From: Candidatus Hydrogenedentota bacterium
Lineage (GTDB): Bacteria; Hydrogenedentota; Hydrogenedentia; Hydrogenedentales; SLHB01
DNA length: 64,000 nt
Assembly: GCA_029974275.1 (NCBI GenBank)
Contig: JARKSN010000276.1
Location: 2,721 to 66,720 of the forward strand
Direction of reading: 5' to 3'
Positions 9,534 to 16,503 of this stretch are shown here, piece after piece; positions within the stretch are counted from its first letter, which is position 1; every line of letters starts with the position of its first letter. Position numbers and translations under genes: made by a program. The notes under the pieces are model-generated. The model saw nothing but the letters and a program-made list of their open reading frames with translations, had not been told where the DNA came from and searched no databases.

Positions 9534-9817
9534 GTGCGCGATGCTTTCCCCTGTGCCGCGATGAATTCGGCGATCGAGTTGACGCTGTATACGACCGTGC
9601 GCGCCAGATTCTGATCATCGATGCGCACGGCATACTTGCTTTGAAGCGCCATCACGATTTCGAGCGCATCCACCGAATCCAACGTAATCTTCCCGGACCC
9701 ATCGAAAAGAGACGCCGCATCCTCAATATCCGCCATCGCCGCATCCGGAAGCGCCAGACACGCCACGATGAGCTCCCTGATTTCGCGCTTCAACTCCGGC
9801 GTCGCCACGTCACTCAT
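9530..9817 (-). CDS. stand-alone acyl/peptidyl carrier protein (phosphopantetheine attachment site)
   Basis: ITLDSVDALEIVMAL matches the carrier-protein DS(L/V)D..E helix-II motif, and the size is ~95 aa. ATG at 9817 (MSDVATPEL) has a purine-rich stretch upstream. GTG 9844 is an alternative start. Confidence 0.8.
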   Translation of the reverse strand: MSDVATPELKREIRELIVACLALPDAAMADIEDAASLFDGSGKITLDSVDALEIVMALQSKYAVRIDDQNLARTVVYSVNSIAEFIAAQGKASRT

Positions 9818-9906
9818 CGCATTTCCCTTTCCATGCAGGCCCACGCGTCATCAGTCCCGGCCCTTGCTCTAACTCAAACACGCCCGAAAAATCCGTCGCC
9901 CGGGAC

Positions 9907-10914
9907 CTACGCAACGACCTTCGCCAGTTCCTGGAACAATCTCTCCTCGGCATCGGCCCGCGCACGAACCATCGCGCTAAGCTCCTCAAGGCGATCGGGC
10001 CCCACATCGCGCTTCTTGCCGGTGCGCGCGGCAAACAGCGAAATCGCGCGCCAGGCGTCGCCATTCTCCATCATTTCCCGCGCCAGACACGCCAGTTCCT
10101 GCTTGCCAAGCACCCCCGCCGCTTCCTGCAAAAACGTCGCATACAGATACCGAAACCCCGCGCCGCCGGTTCCCCGGTCCTCGAGCATCACGTGGATCAT
10201 CATCATCTCATGCGCAAGACGATCAACGCTAACGGCATGCCGAGGCCAATCCAAAAGCTTTTTCGCGAGACGGCGAATGCCCGCCACGCCTAAAAACGGA
10301 ATGGGCAGCCGCAGCATGAAGAAGGCGGCGTGCTTGATCCCCCGTCGAATCGCCTTCTCGATGTCCAAATTCGCGGGAACCTTGCCGACATGATACATGA
10401 ACCCTCTCGGCGCAAATGAACCGCGCGCGAACCGCGCCCGTTCGAGCGTTGCGGCGTCAAGCGGCTTCAACTCCGCGCAATACGCGTCGCTCACCCAATA
10501 AACGCCGTCGCGCTTTCCGGCCACCGTCACAAAATGCCCATTGAAATGCGCCCGCGAATACGGCGGCACATAGTCCATATAAAAAAAATCCACCTGCACC
10601 GCCGCAGGCGTTCCCCGCGCGAGAAGCGCATCCAACGCGGCCGATGCCTTGCCCGGATGCCGGAAGCGCCGCCCTGGAAACTCAATGCGCAAATACTTGG
10701 TCAAATAATCCCGAATCTTTCCCGGCTGACTCCGCGCCGTGAACGTAGGGAAAGGCAGCATCCGCGTATCGAAATAACCAAAAAAAATCGCCCCGGCAAT
10801 GCCGAACACCATGGGCTCGGACAACGGCGCGCCCGCGTGACGCAACAAGCCGGCGATCGTGCTGGATTCACAATGCGCCCCAAGCCGATGACAGAAACCC
10901 GCCTCGCTATTCAT
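9907..10914 (-). CDS. BtrH N-terminal domain / DUF4872-like protein (papain/C39-like Cys-His-Asp enzyme)
   Basis: GAHCESSTIAGLLRHAG carries the nucleophile Cys. FNGHFVTVAGKRDGVYWVSDAY supplies His and then Asp. A long helical C-terminal half follows, as in BtrH_N+DUF4872 proteins. ATG 10914 overlaps the upstream stop by 8 nt. TTG 10947 is an alternative start. Confidence 0.75.
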   Translation of the reverse strand: MNSEAGFCHRLGAHCESSTIAGLLRHAGAPLSEPMVFGIAGAIFFGYFDTRMLPFPTFTARSQPGKIRDYLTKYLRIEFPGRRFRHPGKASAALDALLARGTPAAVQVDFFYMDYVPPYSRAHFNGHFVTVAGKRDGVYWVSDAYCAELKPLDAATLERARFARGSFAPRGFMYHVGKVPANLDIEKAIRRGIKHAAFFMLRLPIPFLGVAGIRRLAKKLLDWPRHAVSVDRLAHEMMMIHVMLEDRGTGGAGFRYLYATFLQEAAGVLGKQELACLAREMMENGDAWRAISLFAARTGKKRDVGPDRLEELSAMVRARADAEERLFQELAKVVA

Positions 10915-11377
10915 GGGCGGAAAAAGACTCGGCCCGGGTGACGACAACCAACGGGTTGGCCGTCTTGGCCTGGGTGAGCCGCATTTCAGGGCTGTCCGAC
11001 GTCAGCACCTGAAACAAATTCGCCACCGGAACCCCAAAAACCTCCGCATAGCGTTGCAACATCGGCAGATCAAGCGCCGCAAAACACTCGGGCCGCAGAT
11101 GCTTGCGCAGTCTCCGAACGCTGATCCGCACGCGCGCGGCAAGATCGCCTTCACTCAGGCCAAGCCACGTCATATAATATGCGATTGGGCTGATGCCCCC
11201 CGCACAGAGCTTTTCCAACTCGGATTCCTGGACGCTCCTGCGATGCGCCAGATAATCCGCGAAATAATGAGCCTTCATATACGAACCGGTCTGGATCGGA
11301 CCGTAGGTTCCATCGTCTCGCTCGACGTACAACACAAGCTGGTAATCGTCGTCGACGCGCGCGTCCTCTTCCTTCAT
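10907..11377 (-). CDS. XRE-like helix-turn-helix domain protein
   Basis: The ISPIAYYMTWLGLSEGDLAARVRISVRRLRKHL ... YAEVFGVPVANLF region looks like a Cro/C1-type HTH. ATG 11377 has GGAG upstream. The N-terminal ~60 aa are unassigned. Confidence 0.6.
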   Translation of the reverse strand: MKEEDARVDDDYQLVLYVERDDGTYGPIQTGSYMKAHYFADYLAHRRSVQESELEKLCAGGISPIAYYMTWLGLSEGDLAARVRISVRRLRKHLRPECFAALDLPMLQRYAEVFGVPVANLFQVLTSDSPEMRLTQAKTANPLVVVTRAESFSAHE

Positions 11378-11397
11378 TGATCAAGGCTCCGTTCGGC

Positions 11398-12750
11398 TCA
11401 CTCCGGTCTGCGAGCAGTGTAGAACAATGAAACGAACAATGTCACCCCAAAGAACGCCAACAACTTCAGGACATCCGGCAATACGTCCCAAAAGCCATAC
11501 TGCCGCACAAAAATGCCCAAAAATGCGTTCAATCCCCAATTCATCGGCGAAAAAGCGCTGACTTGCTGCAACGCCGCCGGCATCAGGAACGTCGGCACCA
11601 TGATCCCGCCCAACGCCGACGCAATCACCACGATGGTCGCCCCGAACATGGCCGCCTGCTCGTTGCTCCGCGCAAACACGCTGATGACCAGCCCCAACCC
11701 CGTCGCGGCGAGGCCAGACGCCGCACACACCGACACCATCGCGACGTAGTGCGAACCCGGATCAAACGACGACATGCCCAACAGCGGCATGACCGCAACG
11801 CCGATAAGCAACATCATCGCGAACTGAACCGCGCACACGCCCAAATACACCGCTTGCTTGCCTGCAAACAGCACGAACGGACGAACCGGCAGCGTCCGTA
11901 AACGCGTAAGCGTGCCCTGCTGCCTCTCTTGAATCAGACTGCTCGACAGCGGCACGACGATCAGGAACATCGCGAAAAGCGTCCACGCGGGAACATTCTG
12001 TTGTACAGGCGTGGGGACGATGGGCTCCCGGCCCCCTTCGAGATAGACCTCGCGCATGGGAAGCAACGCTTCGTCCGCCCACGCGCGACCCGATAGATCG
12101 ACCAGATCGCCGTTGTCCTCGGGAGCCTCTCCAGACATTTCGGCGGCAAGCGCATCGATTTTCTTCCGGAACGCGTTGCCGAGGGCGTTCACGGTCAACC
12201 CCATCTCGACGCCTTGGGTCAGCCGTTGTAAAGCGTGGAACACGGATTTCCTGTACAGACTGCCCACGGCGGGGTCGAAGCACACCTCCACGCAAAGAGC
12301 GCCCTTTTCCTTGGGCGGCTCATCGCCTTTCCAGGCCGCGTCGTCCTCCGCAAGTTCCTCCTCGGCAAAAGCCTTCTCGATTTCCGCCCGAAGCCGTTGC
12401 TCAAAATGCGCGGACGCATCCTCCGGTATCACCACGCAAACCTGCGCCGCGCCGCGCGTGACCAGCCCACGGGCCGCTCCTTCGTCCAACGCAACGCCCT
12501 TATGGGTCGTAACAAGAAAAAAATCGCCGCTTTCCGCCAGTTTTTCCGCAATGCCCCGCCCAATCGCGCCGGCGTCTCGGTTTACCAACGCCAGCGACAC
12601 CGTGCTCTCGGAAACGGACTGGAACGCCTTGTCCTGTATCATCGTGACAATACAAGCAAGCGCCAACGGCATGAGGAAAATAATCGCCAGTCCTCCCCGA
12701 TCGCGAACGAGAATCAATAGCTCCTTGTATGCCGATGCAAAAAATTTCAT
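11398..12750 (-). CDS. ABC-2 type exporter permease
   Basis: Topology is typical of ABC2_membrane_3 proteins: an N-terminal TM helix (LAIIFLMPLALACIVTMI), a large extracytoplasmic loop, and five C-terminal TM helices. It lies directly downstream of the ATPase gene. ATG is at 12750; TTG 12762 is an alternative start. Confidence 0.82.
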   Translation of the reverse strand: MKFFASAYKELLILVRDRGGLAIIFLMPLALACIVTMIQDKAFQSVSESTVSLALVNRDAGAIGRGIAEKLAESGDFFLVTTHKGVALDEGAARGLVTRGAAQVCVVIPEDASAHFEQRLRAEIEKAFAEEELAEDDAAWKGDEPPKEKGALCVEVCFDPAVGSLYRKSVFHALQRLTQGVEMGLTVNALGNAFRKKIDALAAEMSGEAPEDNGDLVDLSGRAWADEALLPMREVYLEGGREPIVPTPVQQNVPAWTLFAMFLIVVPLSSSLIQERQQGTLTRLRTLPVRPFVLFAGKQAVYLGVCAVQFAMMLLIGVAVMPLLGMSSFDPGSHYVAMVSVCAASGLAATGLGLVISVFARSNEQAAMFGATIVVIASALGGIMVPTFLMPAALQQVSAFSPMNWGLNAFLGIFVRQYGFWDVLPDVLKLLAFFGVTLFVSLFYTARRPE

Positions 12751-12817
12751 GACCGGCCCCAAAAGGATGCGGCATCGCCGGAAAAAACCTGTTTCCAGGG
12801 AGTTTTCCCCGAAAACA

Positions 12818-13561
12818 TCATTCCCTCAATTCTTTTCCGGTCAATGCCAAAAAAAGCTGGACGAGGCTCGAACAATCTTTTTGCCGCGCGATCAACTCCG
12901 CCGGCTCTCCCTGCGCGATCACCCCTCCAGCGTCGAGAATGGCGATCCGGGTGCACAGCGCTTCCGCTTCTTCCATGTAATGCGTTGTATAGACAATCGT
13001 CGTGCCGGATTGATTGATGGCTTTGAGGTTTTCGATCAGCACGTTGCGCGACTGCGCATCCACGCCAACGGTGGGCTCATCCAACACGAGAATCGGCGGT
13101 TCGCTCAGCAACCCTGCCGCGAGATTCGCGCGACGCTTGACTCCCCCCGAACACTGGACGACGCGGCGCGAAGCGTGCGATTCCAACGCGCCGATATGCA
13201 GGCACCGATCGACCCGTCTCCGGAGATCGCCGCCCCAAAGGCCGCTCATCCGCCCAAAATAATCGAGATTCTCGCGAACGGTCAGCGTCGGGTACAGAGC
13301 AATATCCTGAGGCACAAGCCCCATCCCGCGCGGCATCGTACGCGATTGCCCATCCCAACGTTCGCCGCGCACCTCGACATGACCCGCGGTAGGGCGCAAT
13401 AGCCCGCAGAGAATCGAGATGGTCGTCGTCTTGCCCGCGCCGTTTGGGCCGAGAAGACCGAAAAACTCCCCGCGCGCAACCTCAAAACTCAGATTTTTGA
13501 TTGCAGGACGGCTCGCCCCGGGATAGGTTCGCTCCAATCCTACAACCGAAATTTCGGCCAA
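12818..13561 (-). CDS. ABC transporter ATP-binding protein
   Basis: Walker A GPNGAGKTTT, signature-like CSGGVKRR, and Walker B ILVLDEPTVGVD. A TTG at 13561 is preceded by GAGGGAGGGGG and gives the usual N-terminus (LAEISVVGLERTY). The listed ORF extends to 13648. Confidence 0.88.
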   Translation of the reverse strand: MAEISVVGLERTYPGASRPAIKNLSFEVARGEFFGLLGPNGAGKTTTISILCGLLRPTAGHVEVRGERWDGQSRTMPRGMGLVPQDIALYPTLTVRENLDYFGRMSGLWGGDLRRRVDRCLHIGALESHASRRVVQCSGGVKRRANLAAGLLSEPPILVLDEPTVGVDAQSRNVLIENLKAINQSGTTIVYTTHYMEEAEALCTRIAILDAGGVIAQGEPAELIARQKDCSSLVQLFLALTGKELRE

Positions 13562-14102
13562 GCATCCCCCTCCCTCGCGAAAAAAACGCCTTGCCCGCAC
13601 AAGGACAACTCCCCCCTTCTCCCCCGCGACGCGCCAACCGGGGGTCACCTTTCAAACGAAACGAGGCAATCCGCTAGTCCCGGGTGAAAAAATTACGCTT
13701 CGAGTAATAATCGTCCCGCACAGCGTCGCGAGTGTCGCGGGCCTTTTGCGAAAGCCACGAGGCCGGTTTAGGCAAACAAGGCGATTTCTTGGTGGCGGCG
13801 CGAAGATGCTTCATCCCAATTTTCTCCCAAACTTCCGCGCGCAACCCATATACGCATGTCCATATCCGCGCGCGATAACCATGGACACGGCGATTATACC
13901 GGTATCCCCCCAGAGGCGCAACAAGCAGACAGCGGGAAGACGTCTGGCGCGCCGCCATGCCCTTCGCAACGCAACGGCCCCTTCCTGCTTCCAAAAGGAA
14001 ACTTCCACAACCCTCGCCCCATGTGCTAAAGTGCGAGGCATACGTATCGCGGGACGGATTCCTTCGTCTCGCTGCAACATCAGCTACAAGGAGTCACTGA
14101 TC

Positions 14103-16010
14103 ATGTCTCGACGCTTCCTCTCCTTCACATGCTTGTGCCTTGCCATCCTGGCGATGATGGCGTTGCCAGCCTGTCAGCCTGCTCAGGCTCCCCCCCCCGC
14201 AGAACAATCTCCCGCGCCCGCCGCGCCTCCCGCGCCCGCCGCCGCGCCGCAACCGGCCGCCGAAGAGCCTCCTGCGCCGCAGACTCTGACCGACGTCAAG
14301 ATTCCCATGCGCGACGGCATCGAACTGGCCGCAGACATCTACTTGCCCGCAACGGACGGTCCGCAGTGGCCTACCTTGCTCGTTCGCAGCACCTACGGCC
14401 GCGCCGAAGGCAAAGCCGTCAGCCTTGCCAAAAGCGGCTATGCTGTCGTCGTCCAGGATGTCCGCGGCCTCGGCGGCAGCCAGGGCATCTTCGGGGGGTT
14501 CCGCGACGACGGCTGGGGACCGGATCACGTTGACGGCGCCGACACCGTCCAGTGGATAAAGAGCCAGCCTTGGTGCAATGGCAAAATCGGCACCTTCGGC
14601 ATGTCGGCGCTGGGCATTGTCCAGTCGCGCATGGCCCCCACGACCAAGGACCTGAACTGTCAGATTCCCGAAGCGGCGGCGTCCAGTTTCTACGGCGGGC
14701 TCTCTTACGAAGGCGGCGTCATGCGCAAGGAAATGGTCGAGGGCTGGCTAGGTCTGTTCAAGGAAAAAGGCGGCCTCGACGTGTTGGCCACGTGGAAACA
14801 ACATCCAACCTATGACAGTTTCTGGGGCGACTTCAACGCCGACGCCAAAGCCGCCGATATCACCGCGCCTGCTCTCCATATCGGCGCATGGTACGACATA
14901 TTCTTGAGAGGCACCATCAACTCTTTCCGCACACGCCAGCATGACGGCGGCCCCGGAGCCAAAGGCAACCAGAAAATGGTCATCAAACCAACCGCTCACG
15001 GCGACTATTTACCGGATTTGCCCTACAAGATGAAAAAGAACTTCCAGGATGTCCGCATCACCCCGTTGCGCAACAAGTTCACGGATTTCTGGATGAAAGG
15101 CGTCGGCGAAGTCGACTCGATTCCCGCAGTCCAGTACTACATCATGGGCGACGACACGGCCCCCGACGCGCCGGGCAACGAATGGCGCACCGCTGACGAT
15201 TGGCCTCCATTCGTGACAGCGGGAAGAACCTTCTACGCGACGCTCGAAGGCGCCCTCGTGCCCGAACGCCCCCAGAGCGCGCCTGCCAAGTTGACCTTTG
15301 TCTACAACCCCGCCAATCCATTCCCGACGAAGGGCGGCGCCAATCTGACCATTCCCGCCGGCCCCTATGACCAGCGCGACGTCAACAAAGGCCGCAACGA
15401 TCTGATCACGTTCGCCACGGCTCCGCTCGAAGCGCCTGTCGAAGCGACAGGACGCGTCGTAGTCCGGTTGTACGTCTCCACCGACGTCCCGGACACTGAT
15501 TTCACCGCAAAACTCGTGGACATCTATCCCGAAGGCGATGGACGCGAAATCCTCGTTGCGGACAGCATTCAACGGCTGAAATTCCGCCACGGCTTTGAAA
15601 AGGCCAACCCCTTGCCCATCGGCTCGATCGGCCTCATCGAGATCGACCTCTGGCATATCAGTTGGGCCTTCCACAAAGGCCACAAAATCGGACTCCAGAT
15701 ATCGAGCAGCAATACCCCGCGCTTCGAAATCAACCCCAACACCGGCGCCGATTTCCCCGGCGAAGAAACGCGCATCGCCAACAACACCGTCCATATGGGC
15801 AAACTGCACGCCAGTTGCCTGATTCTTCCCCAAAAAGGCGATGCCTGGGACACCGATTACGACGGCATCCAAGACGATGAGGAAGTTCGCTTGGGCACCG
15901 ATCCGCACCAGGCCGATAGCGATAAGGACGGCCTTATCGACGGCGACGAAGTCCTCATCTTCAAGACCGATCCCATGAAGCCGGACAATTTGCTGAATCC
16001 AGGCGCCTAG
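14103..16010 (+). CDS. CocE/NonD family (X-Pro dipeptidyl-peptidase S15-like) hydrolase lipoprotein with C-terminal Ca-binding Asp-rich repeats
   Basis: AAGGAG lies before ATG 14103. MSRRFLSFTCLCLAILAMMALPAC is a signal/lipobox-like sequence followed by a Pro/Ala linker. Family blocks are LLVRSTYGR, VVVQDVRGLGGSQG and GTFGMSALG (nucleophile elbow), plus a PepX_C-like C-domain (HKIGLQISSSNTPRFEINPNTG). The tail carries DTDYDGIQDDEE and DSDKDGLIDGDE. Confidence 0.88.
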   Translation: MSRRFLSFTCLCLAILAMMALPACQPAQAPPPAEQSPAPAAPPAPAAAPQPAAEEPPAPQTLTDVKIPMRDGIELAADIYLPATDGPQWPTLLVRSTYGRAEGKAVSLAKSGYAVVVQDVRGLGGSQGIFGGFRDDGWGPDHVDGADTVQWIKSQPWCNGKIGTFGMSALGIVQSRMAPTTKDLNCQIPEAAASSFYGGLSYEGGVMRKEMVEGWLGLFKEKGGLDVLATWKQHPTYDSFWGDFNADAKAADITAPALHIGAWYDIFLRGTINSFRTRQHDGGPGAKGNQKMVIKPTAHGDYLPDLPYKMKKNFQDVRITPLRNKFTDFWMKGVGEVDSIPAVQYYIMGDDTAPDAPGNEWRTADDWPPFVTAGRTFYATLEGALVPERPQSAPAKLTFVYNPANPFPTKGGANLTIPAGPYDQRDVNKGRNDLITFATAPLEAPVEATGRVVVRLYVSTDVPDTDFTAKLVDIYPEGDGREILVADSIQRLKFRHGFEKANPLPIGSIGLIEIDLWHISWAFHKGHKIGLQISSSNTPRFEINPNTGADFPGEETRIANNTVHMGKLHASCLILPQKGDAWDTDYDGIQDDEEVRLGTDPHQADSDKDGLIDGDEVLIFKTDPMKPDNLLNPGA

Positions 16011-16048
16011 CCGAATAGGCTCAAGACCGACAGTGGCCGTACGCAATA

Positions 16049-16104
16049 GACCGCGAGTCCATGAACAGATCGGCAACGATTCCATGGGCTCGCGGTTTCT
16101 CTTT
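16049..16104 (+). terminator. candidate intrinsic terminator after the first CocE/NonD gene
   Basis: GACCGCGAGTCCATG (16049..16063) pairs with CCATGGGCTCGCGGT (16082..16096) with one mismatch. The stem is followed by TTCTCTTT. The loop is large (18 nt), so confidence is modest. Confidence 0.4.
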
Positions 16105-16503
16105 GGCGACTTCTTCGCTTTGATGACGGCGCGTATTTGAATTGCGGCCCCATGAAATCGCCCGCGCAGAAGGCCAGCCCACATATCAGAACAACGCCGA
16201 CGCAACACCTTTGTTTCAAGCACATTGCAAAGCCATTCCAAATTCCGAAACTTCTGTACTCCCAATCCGGAATGTGCTATTCTCAATTCCGATAGTTATG
16301 ATCTCGTCCCCGAAACGATCTAGGACGGATCGGCGGTGAATGTCCCGCAGGCGCACGCACGCAGCGGCACAGGAAGAGTCGCCGTTCGTGGGATGGCGCA
16401 ACGTGGAAAGTCGCCAATCGAAACCCTTAGGGGTCGAGCGTACGGGATTTTCGAAGCATTTCGAGCGGCAAAAACCTACAATTCAGGGAGAGGCACGATC
16501 GTG

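Noticed and set aside
13674-13994. A 106-aa ORF (minus strand) in the 540-bp divergent intergenic region between the ABC cluster and the CocE/NonD gene.
   Set aside because: The composition is Arg-rich and odd, there is no SD, and there are no motifs. The region is more plausibly promoter and leader DNA, though a small gene cannot be strictly excluded.
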